64,000 nt of DNA from Geosiphon pyriformis uo1 (Eukaryota > Fungi > Glomeromycota): positions 66,043 to 130,042 of the forward strand of contig JAAOMT010000570.1 of the NCBI GenBank assembly GCA_016748015.1. The letters are read 5' to 3'. The notes under the pieces were generated by a model. It did not search any database. It worked only from the letters and a program-made list of their open reading frames with translations, and was not told where the DNA came from. A program made the position numbers and the translations under genes. Positions 1 through 13,580 of this stretch are shown here, in pieces. The first letter of the stretch is position 1, and every line of letters starts with the position of its first letter.

Positions 1-2899
1 GAAGATGCTTTGGAGAAAGACCAGGAGCTCTGGCTAGTTCTGCAGAACATGCAGAAGACATATGATTTGGTGGACTGGAAACATCTTGAGAAAAGTTTAG
101 TCAGGATTAAGATGTGTGACAGATTCATTTGATTTTTTGGTAGTATCCATAGAGATCATACCAACCAAGTTATGACAGACTTTGGTTTGACAGATGGTTA
201 TCATGTACATGATAAACTGAATCAAGGAAAAATTTTCTCCCCTCTTTTGTGGTGTATATTTTATGACCCTCTGTTGTGTGAAGTCAAATGTTAAGAGAGT
301 GTATGTGAGTACAAAATCAATTCTTACTTTATTTCTAAAAGTGGTCGCACTGAATCTTGGGCTGGGTTTTCTTCTTTTCTTGCTGCTGGCGCCTTTGTTA
401 ACAATGCAATTTGGGTTGGCAGTAGTTAGAATACTACCCAACACATTCTTGATGTTGCTAGTGAATTTTTCCAGATTAATAACATTTCGATCAATAATGA
501 CAAAACTGTGGCTATTCTCATCAATAGTAGAGTCAGTCACTTATCTCTTTTTATCAATGGTTCACCCATTTCTGTAATCCATAAAAAAGAATCTCATTGG
601 TATTTTGGTATCTTTCTGTCAACTGAAGGTCTTTCTAAGCCTAGTTTGGCTAAGACACATTTGAATATTTGTTTCTTTACTAATTTGGTCTTAAAAAAGG
701 CTGTTTCAGATAAGCAGTTCTTGTATTTGGTTTTGGCAGTTCTCCATCCTATAGTTGGCTACAAAACACAGTTTAGCTTTATTCCTATTAGTGTTTGCAA
801 CAAATAGGATGCTTTGATTTACAAGGGCTTAAAACTGAAATCTGGTCTTCTACTTAATTTTCCTAGTGATACAATTCACCATCCTTTCTTTTATGGTTTA
901 AAGTTCTTTTCACAATGTCAGTCTGAAAGTAAGATTGCTTCACTTATCAGCTTTACAAACTCTGGTGGGATTCTGGATCATTTGTTCAGCCACAGGTCTC
1001 ATAATTTACAAGTTCTATGTTGGTGTCTCCTCTATCCATTGAGTTCTCCTGTTCACATTTGTGTTAATGCTTCCAATAATTTTTTGTCAGGTATGGTTCG
1101 CATTCTTTGTGACTGCAATTTGTCTTTGGGTGGCTCTTTGGCCAGCTCTTTTCGACTTCATGATGGGGTGCCTATATCTACTGTTTTGGGCAAGTCTCTG
1201 TTTTTCAAGTTTTTGCCTTCTCTCCAGCATTATGGCATAGCCTTTATGGACCAGCTTTGTGATTATCATGGTGATGTCTTTAACTAGTGCACTTTTAAGT
1301 AGTGGAAGAAACTGGGCCCTTGTGGGCCAGTTTCTGATTGTTCAAGATCTCTGTTGTATTTCTTATTGGTTTGCCCCCTTCTTCTCCAGCTTTAAGTAGT
1401 GTTGGCTCTCTGAATATTTGTGAGTTCAGTGATTTTGTGTCTATTTGCAATTGTCTTTTTCATGTTGGCTCTGATAGTCTGTCTGTTTATACGGATAGTT
1501 TCCTTAAGAATTTGGGCATGATTGGGTGTCAGGCTGATGCTGTTGTCTTTTTTGAGGACATTAATTTGGATTTGAGTGTCAGTGTTTGCGGTTTGGTATC
1601 ATCTACTTTGGCAAAGTTACAGGCTATCACCTTGGCCCTGGAGTGTGTACTCAGGTCTTGCTCTGTTTGCTTGTTTTCAGATAGTCAAGCTGCTTTGGAT
1701 GCTTGTAAATCAGAGCTAAATTTGATGCATCCTGACTTTTGCAATTGGTGTTGGGTTGAGCATCAGCATATCAGTAATATTATTTACAGCAAAAACTTAA
1801 GAATCACCTGGCGCAAGGTCAAGAGTCACTCTGGTATTTTGGAGAATAACTGTGCTAACAGTCTCGCTGATACTGCTTCTCTTTCTGGGTGGTTTCTTTC
1901 TCCTCATGTAAGTGAACATTTTTTGGTGGCCAATGGTGATATAGTCTCTGGTAATTCTAGGCACTTTGTTCAGGATGTGTTTTGTGCTGTCTGTCATGTG
2001 CATTGGGAGGTTGGTTCTGGTTCTGGTTTTCTGGTAGGTGGTTTGCTTTCAGATGTCAATTGGTTTAGCTCTTTCTGGATATGGCACCTTGATTTGCATA
2101 TGGTCGCAGATTTTACTAGCAGGCATACTGCTGATACTCGTACCTACTTTATGAAGACTTTGCACTATTAGCTTCTCATAGCTGTTTATAAATGTTTTTA
2201 TGATAAGTGTTATCCCAGTATTCTGTGCTTGTATTGTGAGGAGATAAAGATGTTTGATTATGTGTTTTCTTGTATGATCAATATTTCTGTTCGTCACAAG
2301 ATTTTGGAGTTCTGTGCATCCTTTTGAAAGGATTTTTCTAGTCATTCTCTTCTTCTTTCGAGTGTTTTGCAGCTGTTATTGGCCTGTGCTTCAGATTTTT
2401 TGGTGTCCTCAGCTCTTTTCAAGAGTTTTGTTTTCAATGGGTGGTTCTTGGAGACTGTTTCTGTCTTCTATAATCCCAAAATAGCTAGGATTAAAGTTGC
2501 TGAGTTTGTGTGCTCTCTTTGTCTCACTTTCAGAGATGACATTTGGATGGTTTATGCTAAGCATCACATCTTTATAAAAAAACATGGGCTGATCCCAATA
2601 GATGGTTCTGCTCTTGTTTCAGTTTCTGGCTTAGCTTTAAAGTTTTTGGCTGGTGTGGTTGAATTGCTTGGGATTTCTAAGGCTTTTGGTGTTCATTTTG
2701 GCTTTTGCAAATCTTGTTTGTTTTTTTCAGGTGTTAGTACCTCAGTTTTGGTTAATATAACTGCATAGTATTGTCCTGACTGGTTTGAATGACTGGTTAC
2801 ATGTAGTAAATACATAATTTACACTTAGTTTAGATCATTTCTTTGATGTATACTTCTAAGTGGTATTTGGACTTTGTTTGTTAAGTATTAATAAAAAAA
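1..2899 (+). mobile_element. LINE (non-LTR retrotransposon), 3' part: degenerate ORF2 (RT, RNase H, C-terminal Cys finger), 3' UTR and poly(A)
   Basis: Frame 1 reads EDALEKDQELWLVLQNMQKTYD...LNQGKIFSPLLW...GAFVNN (RT catalytic xxDD decayed to NN). ORF 1338-2171 has RNase H motifs VYTD, FSDSQAA and KVKSHSG. CLYC near 2225. ORF2 ends TAG 2766-2768, with an A-tail at about 2888-2899. Many stops. Confidence 0.9.
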
Positions 2900-3439
2900 A
2901 TATATTTTAATAAACAATAAAAAACAATAATTATTTTTAATTAAAAAATTAAAAATACTTTTTTATTAATTAATAATTTACCAGTTTTTATTACAAAAAA
3001 AAAATCTTATAAATATTTAGATATTTTTTTATTAACAAATAATTTGTTTAAATTTAATTTAGCCAAAACTTATTTAGATATCAAGTTTTTTTTTAATATA
3101 ATTTTATGAAAAACTGTTTTAAATAAACAATTTTTTTATTTAATTATAGTTATATTACAACTTATTATTAATTATTTAAGTAAATATAAACAAAAAAAAA
3201 GTGGCTTTAATAATAAGTTTTTTAAATACTAATAATATTTTTAGTTAATTATTTAATTATAAATTTTTAAATCTACAAATATTAAGCTTGTTATCTAATT
3301 ATTTATTACAATTTTTTGTATTTTTTTTAAACAATTTGTATATTATATTTTGTTTTATTATACTTTAATATTTATTGTTTTAAAAAATTTAGTCTTTTAT
3401 AATATATTTTAATTATAAATTTAAACTTTTTTTTTTTTT

Positions 3440-5662
3440 TTTATAATTATAATCAAAACAAAAAATAAAAAAGCTTTAAATATTTTTTTTTATAATAACC
3501 AATAAAATTTCAACAAAAAAGAGTTTTTTATTGTTAAAACAATAAGACAAAATATTTTAACAACATTTTTTTTAAATATTAATAATAATAAGCTGTTTTT
3601 AGTAATTTTTAAAACATTTTTTTTATCTTTGGCTAATAGTTTTTTTTTAATCAAAGTTTTTTTTAAAAAACACATTTAAATTAGTTTCAATATTGTTTTT
3701 ACTCTTTCTAAAAGCTTCAAAGTTTTTAATAACAGACTAGTTAATAAGTTGGTCTTCTTTGTTTTTATTATTAATATTATTACTATTACTATCCAAATAA
3801 CCAAAAAACCAAAAAGTCAAAAAAACAATAACAGTCATTTATGTTTATTATTGTTATATTAAATTTTTTGGTAATTCTAGATAAGATTTTAGATAAGATT
3901 TTTTTAATAGTATCTAGCTTTTTTTTTAATATTAACAACAATATTAACAACATATTTTCTAAGATAAGCCAAAATCAACTATTGGTTGTGTTGCTAAATA
4001 TAATGTTTTTTAACAAATTATTGTTAATTTTGGAAGCAAAGCAATTTATTAAGTTATTTAATCTAAAAAATTGGGCTGATTAGATAAAAATTGAATTGAT
4101 TTTTGCTCTTTTGTTTTTTGGTGATGTTTAAAAAACAATTTTCAATTATAAAAATTTTTTAAATAAGTGGTTTTTATTCTAATATCTGGTTTTACTTTTA
4201 AAATTAAATTGGCTTTTGCTTTTTTTTTATTTGTTATTTGGTTTTGTTGAATTCAAGTTAGTTTTTAAAAATAATATTAAGTTTTTTAGTATAGATTTTG
4301 TTTTTAAAGCTTCCTTAATTATTGTTATTAGTGTTATTATTAATAATTCTCTTTTTTTGACTACATTTAAAATTGTAAAATTTTTTATAATAAATTTTGG
4401 TTCCTTTTTTCTTATATTTGTTGTATTTTATAATATTTTTCTTAATATATTTTTTAATGATATTAAAAATGCTTTTGGTGTTTTTGGTGTTATTACTTTT
4501 GTTAAATTAAAGTTTGTTAATTTATAACAATATGCTATTGTTAATTTTAAGAACTTTTCTTTTGCTGCTATTGTTTTTAATAATTAATTTATACTGATAA
4601 AAAAAAACAATATTTTAATTTTTTTTTCTTAATTAGAAAAAAATTATTATTTTTAAAGATTTATTTAAAGTTAAATTAATTAATTTTTTTTTTGGTTGTA
4701 TTGCTTTTAAAATTAATAATATAATTTTTTAAATTGATAAATATATTTGTTTTATTTTTTATTTTTCTAATTTTTATTATTATCAATACTTTGTTGTTAT
4801 TACTTTTAAGTCTTATAAAATACTAGCATTTTTTGTAACAAAAACTAATACTTTTTTACAAATATTATATTTAATAGAAAATTTCTAAATATTATTAATA
4901 TTATAAATATTAGAATTTAGATTATTTGTCTATTAAATACAAAATGTTTTTATTTTTTCTATTTAAGTTAACTTTTAAGTCTGTTGTTGGCTTTAAGTTT
5001 TTTATGTTTTTTTGGCTTTTTTTTTTGTTGCTCTTCTAGTTGTTTTTGCTGCTAATTCTGTTGTCAAATTTAAATTAGATTTTTTAAAAACTTAAATTTC
5101 AAGTTTGGCTGCTCTAATAAAATCTGTTTTTAACTCTATTAATTCTTTGATTACTTTAATTATTAAACTTTTAAATAATAGTATTAATAAAGCTTTTTAA
5201 GTAAAAAAAAACTTTCTTTTTATAAAATATGCTGCTAATAATTTTTCTAATTTTTTGGTTGATATTTTTAAAAATATTGTCTGTTTTAAGTCTAAAATTA
5301 ATTTTGATAAGATAAACTATAATAAAATACTGACTGTTAAATTTTTTTTTGAGTAAAAATATTAATGAATATATTGTAACTTTGTAATATATGTTAGATC
5401 TTAATATTAAAAATAGTATTAAGTTAATTAAATTGTTTTTTAGTAAATTTATTATTAATTCTAAAAATTTAAATAATATTATTAAAAAAATTAGTGAACT
5501 AAATTTATTTTCAGCTTTTTTTGTTTAAATATAGTGTTGTTTTAACTAATTTAAATAATTAATTATGTATAAAAAATACATAATTCATATTTAGTTTAGA
5601 TTATTTAATTTAATGTATTATATTAAGCTATATTTAAGTCTCATTTGTTAAATAAAAAAAAA
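3440..5662 (+). mobile_element. ORF1-only non-autonomous LINE derivative (half-LINE), heavily AT-decayed
   Basis: Relic ORF1 fragments (3841-4083, 4216-4527; RRM-like) are homologous to ORF 20369-20788. Directly after them, 5532-5662 aligns colinearly with the LINE 3' UTR at 2766-2899 and ends in poly(A). There is no room for ORF2. Confidence 0.75.
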
Positions 5663-7899
5663 TTTCAATTATTTTTAAAATTTGGAATTATATTTATTAA
5701 CCAATTAAAAAAAAGTTTAATTTTTAAATAATTTAGAATAATAAATAATTATTTTTTAATATATGTAAATTTTATAACTTTGCTATGATAAAAAAGTATT
5801 TGTTAGAAATAAATTTAAATATAATTAATATATATAAATAATCTACTAAAAAAATTGGGTATATTAAAAATAAATTGTAATATAACTGTATTTTTTGTAA
5901 ATCTAAACTTAAAAGTTAATATTAAAGTAAGTAAATTAGTTTTTTAATAATAATTAAATTGTAAATAATTATATTAAAATAAAATATGTCTTAATTTCTA
6001 ATATTATTATAATAAACTTACATAATTAAGTCATTTTAAATATTTATTTAATTAAACTAAAATTAATATTGTCAGATTTCTATTATTATTGTTAACTTAA
6101 AAAATATTATATATTAAATATTATTAAAAATTTTATTTTTAATATTATAAAGTTTAAAGTTAAAAACTATTTAAGTATTTTGAATAATAAAAAGATTAAT
6201 AAATTTGCTAATATTATTTTTTGTTTAGTTTAAGTATTTTCTTTTAATATTTATAAAAAATTTATTAAAATTAATAAAATAAATATTTTTAAAAATACTT
6301 AATATTTTGTTTATAATACTTTTAAGATTATTTGTTATATTTATTAAAAATTTAAATTTAATATCAATATTATAAATAATAATATAATCAAAAATATTGA
6401 TTAAATACAAATTTTATTGGTTTAATATTTTTATTTATATATGATTTTTTAATTTATAAATAAATTTACAATTGGTTTATATTTTTATTTATAAAAGTTT
6501 TATATTACTATTTATTTCTTATAATTTAAAAATATTTATATAATAAAAAATATTCTAATATTTTATATCTTTATTATAGTAAAATTAAAAGTTTTAAATC
6601 ATGTTTTTACATATATAATAAATTCTAATACTTATAAATAATTATTAAAAACATGTATTTTATTATTATATAAATTATAACTGTTATTTTTTTGTTATTT
6701 AATAATATAATATATATTGTTTTGTATAAATATATTGTTTTTAAGAATTAATACTATAAAATTTTATTTGTTTTTAATAATAATAAGATTATTATTAGCA
6801 GATTTATTATTTTTAATCATAATTTGAAAATTGTTTATTGTACAAAATATAATTAATTAGATTTAAATATAAAATAATTATAAAAATAATATATTGGGTT
6901 TTTTATAATAGATTTTTGTTTCTAATTATTAATAATTTGTTATCTTTGTTTTTAGATTAAATAGTATTATTGACCAAAATTTGAGATATTATTTAGCATA
7001 AAATTATCTTTATAATTTTTATTATTAATTAAATATATTATTATTTCAATTTATTACTTATTATTTTATCAAATTATTCAAATTATTATTCAATTAATAA
7101 TCCAATTTGTACAAAACACAAATAAAACCAAATTGTAATAATTAAATCTTATAATATATCAAACTATATAATATTTAAAGTTTGTTAAAATATTTAGTAA
7201 TTTGATAAAATATCAATAATTTACCAAAACAATTTATAGTTTGCAAAAATAACTTATAGTTTGATGAAATATATCTTTAACTTATTAAAATATTATAAAA
7301 AAAAAGTGTTAAATTATAAAATAATATTATAATAAGTTATATAAAAGAAAAACTTCTTTTTTTGAAAAAATGTATCTTAATTAAAACTAATATTTTTTTT
7401 AATATTTTCTATATAAATCAATTCCAATAAAATTTATCTTAAAAAACACAAAAATTTTCAACTATTTTCATTGTAAAATTGACTATTTCTTATTAATATT
7501 TTGAAATTAATTAACTATTAATTTTAATAATTAGTAACTTCCAGATTTGAATTTAAAATAACTTTTTTAACATATTTTTTTATTTTTTATTTTAGTTTAT
7601 TTTTAGTTTATTTTTATTATTTTTTATTATTGAATAGTATATAGTTAAAATTTTTTGTTAAAAAATTGATTTTTACAGCAAAGTAACTATACATATTTTT
7701 AAAAAACTTACAGATAAAATTTTTTTGTAAAAAGTCAACTTTTACTGTAAAGTAATTATACAAATAATTAGCATAAAATTGGCTATTTTTTTATAAATCT
7801 AATAACATATACAATTTAAAATATAAAGAGATATTTTAAAAAAGGAATTAACTTATTAGAAATTTATTAACTTCTATTAACAATAGAATTAATAACAAA

Positions 7900-10890
7900 A
7901 CAATATTAATAATATTAAGAAAAAAATAGAAAAATAATAATAAAAATGCTTAATATTGCTAAAACAATTAGTATTTTTTATGATTTATATAAGTTTTATG
8001 TTTTTTTTGGTGTAAATTATTGTGTTTTAATTAAGATAAAAATATAATATTGTTTTTTTAACTTAATAAGTACAGTTTTATTACTATTTAGTATATAAAA
8101 ATAGACCAAGTATTTTTAATTAAATATAACTTATATATTTACTATATATAATTTATTCAAACCAATTAAAACAATATTATATATTTACATAAACTTTTAT
8201 ACTATTAGTAACACCAAAAAAAAAATCTTATGCAATTTAAAATTAACAGCAAATAACTTAGCAATATCAAGTAAATAAATTATTTTAGCTAACAAAAAAC
8301 TGAACAAGTTATAAAAAATATTAAATAAAACTCTTTTATCATCAATTAAACTACTCTTTTCTATATTTATCTTAAATTTTGATCTAAATATTATTATTCA
8401 TAGAAATTAGGAATTATAATAATAGATAAAATAGCCAATCAGAAATAAAAATAGTAAAATAAGAAATTTTAGAATTCTCTTGAGAAATTATTAAATTCTT
8501 AGAAATTTCATATAATATAAATTATATATATATAGTAAGAGTATTAAAAGCAGAAAAAATAATTTTAGGAGAATTCAAAAATACTTTTCTCTTTAAAAAA
8601 TAGTTTTCTATAACTTAAAGTAAAATTATTCTCATATTAATAAAATTATTCATTATTATTGAATCTATGTTATTATTATTTGATTAAAAATATTAATTAC
8701 TTACTTACTATTAACATTCTATGTTGTTAAAATTCAATCCTTAATTACATTAGACTAATAGTTTTTGATTATGGCTATTAACAGAATACTAATTTTTTCT
8801 TAATTTTTTCTTAATTTTTTCTATTTTCTTTATTTTTTTATTTTCTTTTGTTTTATTTTTTTGTTGTTTACTAATTAATTAAAAAAATTAAGTGTTGAGT
8901 ATTTAATATTAAAGATAGTCTGATAAAAGACCTGAAAATAAGAGTAAAAATTTAAGGATAGCTTATCAGAAGAGTATGGCTATCAGAATAAATTGGTTAT
9001 CATGCTAAAAAAAATTCACAGAAGAAACCATTAATTGAATTTTTGTTATTATATAAAAAACTCAATTAAACTTTTTAGAATTTAAAACTTTCAAAATTAC
9101 TAATATCATCAGCTATTGAGCACCAAGTTACAGGTTTGTTATTTGTTTTAATATTTCAAATAATCATCTATAACAATACTCTATCTGAATAAATTCAATT
9201 ATAATATACAATATTGTAAAGGAACTCATTATTAAAATACTAATGCTCTCTTTAGATTTACTATTTAGTAATAATACAACTTTCTTAAATCAAACCAACC
9301 TAATTATTAGTAATTTTTTTTTAAAACAAACACAATAATAGACTTAAACAACTACTCTGTCTTAATAAAATTTTTAAGTAAAGGACAATATCCATCAGAT
9401 TATATTTAACAGCAAAAAAAACATTTGCAAAAACAATCAAGTTTTTATTTAATCTGTCAGAACCAATTATATAAAAGAAATAAAAAAGATTCTAAATGCT
9501 TTCAAAAACTTATTAGATTTAAAAAAAGAGAAATTGTAATTTATAATATGCATATTAACTTATTAACTAAACACTTTGGAAAGACTAAAACAATTTAAAA
9601 AACTCTTGCTTGCTATTAATAACTTATCTTGAAAAAAACATTGTTAAATACATCAAAATCTGTAATATTTGTTAAAAAAAAGGAAAATTTAATTACAAAA
9701 AAGACATTTATTCAATCTTTATTGGTTAACTATTTAACAAAATTAATATAAATATTATTAGATCTTTAATTATAACTTTTAATGGAAATAGATACATTAT
9801 TACAGCTACTGACTATCTTACAAAGTAAGTAAAAACAAAAGTCATCTTAAATTAAACAGCAGTTTCTATTGTCAACTTTATTTATAAAGATATTATTTGT
9901 TATTATAGCTGTCCCAAAAAACTTTTATCTAATAGAAAAAGAGCTTTTTTAAGTACACTAGTTAAAAAACTTTGTAAAAAAATGGAAATACATTATAAAC
10001 TTTTTTCTTTTTATTATTTTTAAACAAATAGTCTAATAGAATGTTTCAATAAAACACTATATAAAACCTTAACCAAAACCAGTAAAGAAACAAACTTATT
10101 AAACAAAGTACTGTCTTTAGTTTTATTTGTTTATAGAACTGTAAATTATAACATAACAAATTATAAATCTTTTTATCAGTTCTATAAACAAATAGCAATA
10201 CTACCAATAAAAACTGACATTAAGACAATATTTTTTAAAAAAATTACAATAGGGAATTACAAAAACATTTTGTAAAGAAAACTTGATACTATTCTTGATT
10301 TATTGATAGAAACATAAATAATTATCTTTGAAAAGATAAAACAGTTTTAAGAAAAGCTTAAGAAAAAAAACTAATAAAACACTTTCTTTAAGTATTGGTA
10401 ATTTATTTTTAAAATACTATTTAGACAAAGACAATGTCTATAGTAATAAATTTTCTAGCTGGTGAAAAAAACTCTTTATAGTCAACAAAATTTTAAATAA
10501 TAGTTCTTATATATTACAAGATTAATATAGAATAATCTTTAATAATTATTCTGTTTATAGTATATAATTCAAGAAATATTACAAATAATCTGATCAGTTA
10601 TTTGTTGTGATAATACTGACTTAATTAATTAGCAAAAATTAGATATAAATAAATGCATCTTTTTCAAAACAGAAATATCTTCAATTAACATAAACAATTA
10701 TTTTCTAAATTAAAACATTTAAAACATTTTCTATATTTTTTATAAGTATTATATCAAAAATTATCCAAATATTACTTTAATCATTAAAAAACAGACTATT
10801 ATAATTGATAACAATAGAACACATACTATTATTAAACTAAAAAAAACTATTACCAGAAGAAAAAAAATTGGTAGCAAAATGGATAAGTAT
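7900..10890 (+). mobile_element. Old, decayed Ty3/gypsy relic (integrase region) hosting younger insertions
   Basis: Decayed integrase motifs: HFGKTKT (about 9572), GNRYIITATDYLTK (about 9784) and TNSLIECFNKTL (about 10024; cf. QTNGLVERFNRTL at 63.6 kb). Boundaries are approximate. Confidence 0.7.
8392..9175 (+). mobile_element. Solo LTR of the dUTPase-gypsy family (decayed)
   Basis: Starts TATTATTCATAG (cf. TGTTACTCATAG), contains AGCCAATCAGAA, and ends ATAATCATCTATAACA (cf. ATAATCACCTGTAACA). Flanked by ATAT/ATAC, a degenerate 4-bp TSD. Confidence 0.8.
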
Positions 10891-11662
10891 TGTTACAGGT
10901 GATTATTTCTGTTGTGGAATTGAATAACAACCCCATAACTTGGTGCTCAAAAGCTACTTTTGTGGATGATGTGCAGAAGGTATAGTATCTGAAGGTTTTG
11001 GTTGATCTGAAGGTTTTGTTGTGGAGTTCTTTGTATAATGAACAGAAATTCAATAAGGTTGATAGTGGTTGTATCCTCAAGTGGTTTTCCTAATTTCTTT
11101 CTCAGCGTGGTGGCTGGATTTAGTCTGGCAGTCATGTCCTTCTAGTAAGCTATCTGATAATATATATAAAGTTCTACCCTTATTTCTGGGTCTTTTATCA
11201 GGCTATCCTTGACGTTAATAACTCAGTACTTAATCTTTTAATCAATTAGTATACAACAACAAAATCAAAGAAAGAAAGAAAATAAAAGAAAATAAAAATA
11301 AAAAAAATAAAGAAAATAAGCCAAGCCAATTTGGTCCGTTAGTATCTCGTCAATAGCCATGATCAAGAGCTATTGTTCCAGCGTGGTTAAGTAGCAATTA
11401 CTATCCACATGAAGTGTTGATAGTGAATAGTGAATTGAGATATGGAATAATTATTTATTTGATGATTGGTTTTTTGGCTAAGAATTCTGTGGTATCGATT
11501 CTGTCTTTTTTGTTTCTAACACTACTGCTATATATACATAATTGGGATTCCTCAATTCCTTGATTCTTCATAACAGGAATCCTGGAATTCCACATTTACT
11601 ATGCTTACTTCTGATTGGCTAATAATTATGCTAATATATTTTTTATATTTCTATGAGTAACA
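10891..11662 (-). repeat. 3' LTR (772 bp)
   Basis: Direct repeat of 17634-18521 with TGTTAC...GTAACA termini. Preceded on the minus strand by the PPT. Confidence 0.95.
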
Positions 11663-11676
11663 TTATTCCCTCCTTT
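11663..11676 (-). promoter_or_regulatory. Polypurine tract
   Basis: Minus strand reads AAAGGAGGGAATAA immediately before the 3' LTR TGTTAC. A near-identical tract is at 62241-62254. Confidence 0.85.
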
Positions 11677-12700
11677 TAATATTGAGCTCCATCGAAATCT
11701 AACTCATGTAATTCTCTCTCTTGAAGTATTTCCTGGATTTTGTTTTCAAGAATTACTTGTGTTATTTGGGTCTGTAATTCTTCAAATTGAGCATTGGTGA
11801 TTTTTCTCAATTGATTACTGGTAACCCTATCCATTGCTCTATTGAGCAATATTTCTGGTTTATCTTGAAATGCTGTGTGTATTCGGTATATGGCTCGGGC
11901 TTGTGTGGATAAGTTGTTCTTTCCCACAAAATGTTCTAATTGTTGTAGTATTCTTTTGTCAAATAATTGTTTTGTTTTATCCGTATATAGATTTTGGATA
12001 TTTATATGTTGTCCCAAGAATTTGAGTTCTGTCTTGCCAAAGAAGCACTTTGTCACATTTAACTTTAGTCCTGCTCTTTTTAGTCTTTCGAACACTTGTT
12101 GAAGATAATGAAGATGATCATCAAATGTCTTTGAGAATACATTGGTGTCATCCAAGTATACAACTACTGATTTCTACAATAAGCCAGTATAAACAATTTC
12201 CATTAGCCATTGGAAAGTTGCTGGGGCATTGGTTAAGCCGAATGGCATCACTTCAAATTTGAAATTTCCTTCTCTAGTAGTAAATGCCATCTTCTTTTTG
12301 TCAGCTGGATTCATGGCTACTTGCCAGTAACCACTGTCCAAATCTAATGTGGAAAACCATTTGTTCCCACCAAAAGCATCAAATAATTCCTGTATTCGTG
12401 AAGTTGGATAACTGTCTCTACAAGTTACACTATTGAGTTTCCTGTAGTCTACACAAAACTGGATTTTTCTATTTTTTTTTTGGATGAGTACCACTGGTAA
12501 TGACCATGGACTCATTGATGGTTGAATCAGCTCATTGTCAAGCATTCTGTTTATTTCTTGACGAATAATCTCATGGCTGGCTGGTGGTACTCTGTATGCT
12601 TTTTGTTTGATTGGCATTATATCTCTAGTCTTGATCTGATGCTGGATGATGTCAGTTCGGCCAAACTTATTTTTGCTGGCAAAAATGTCATTGAAATTGT
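11676..12700 (-). pseudogene. Reverse transcriptase, fused in frame to the C-terminus of the element's 3' accessory ORF
   Basis: CVDYRKLN, LDLDSGYWQV, VMPFGLTNAPATFQ, YLDD and KCFFGKTELKFLG, followed by sequence matching 62254-62596. One internal stop near 12174. Confidence 0.9.
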
Positions 12701-13184
12701 TAAGTAATATCTTGAGCTGCATACATTGGAGTGGATCTAAGTTTCCCATATTCATTTGTTCCAATTGTTCTGGTTGGAGCAAATAACATTTGTCTTGTCC
12801 ATAGATTGTTTGTAATGTGATGTCAACATATCCACAAAGTTGTGGAAAGTCTGGAATGAGATTTGGTGGTTGGTCTTCTATTTTTGTGATTAAATATCCG
12901 ATGGTGGTTCCTTTTGATATGCTGATAATATTGCCAGTATTGTTGTAGATGGAAATTTTTATGCTGCTATAGCTTTTGGCTGGTATGTGGAGATTGATCA
13001 ACCCAATCTCTCCTGATTCACTAAGGGTTGCTTCTGCTTCAAAAATCTGTTTTTGCTCCTTTTCCTTCCTTTCTATTGTTAATATGTACTGGCTATATGG
13101 TGGAATGAAAATAGCTTGACCAGTTGAGATAATTTTTCTTTGGCCAACAACTTCTTCTTCCGCCATATTAACTGGTACATCTGT

Positions 13185-13580
13185 TCTACCTGTTGATCCA
13201 AATCCTTGTATTCCTCTCACTGTTATTCCTAATTTCTTTCTCTTTCCCACTGACACTAACTGAACTACTCTAATCAGAGACAGGAATATTGCCTGTGCTA
13301 TCTTTTTATTGAGCTCTATTATATAGGCCTTTTCTGAGTCATTTTGTAGCATGGTGATAATATTTCCTACATATCCCACATCAATTATTCCTCCTCTTAT
13401 ATTGATCCCTCTTTTTGCTAAGCTACTCCTAGATGCTAATTGAATCATTGTTGTTGCCAGAATCTCTAGTGCTATTTTCAGATTAATGCAGGTGCGTGAA
13501 TACAGTTCTAATTTGATGGCATCTTTTCCTGGATATCTCAGATCAAACCCTGCATCCGTATTATGCACACATTCTGGCAT
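13185..13580 (-). CDS. Retrotransposon-encoded dUTPase domain within pol
   Basis: All five trimeric dUTPase motifs: AGFDL, RSSLA, GIIDVGYVG, IAQ and RGIQGFGSTG. Confidence 0.93.

Noticed and set aside
10850-11135. ORFs inside the LTRs (also 17617-17823)
   Set aside because: Non-ATG starts or runs into flanking DNA. Their recurrence simply reflects LTR duplication.
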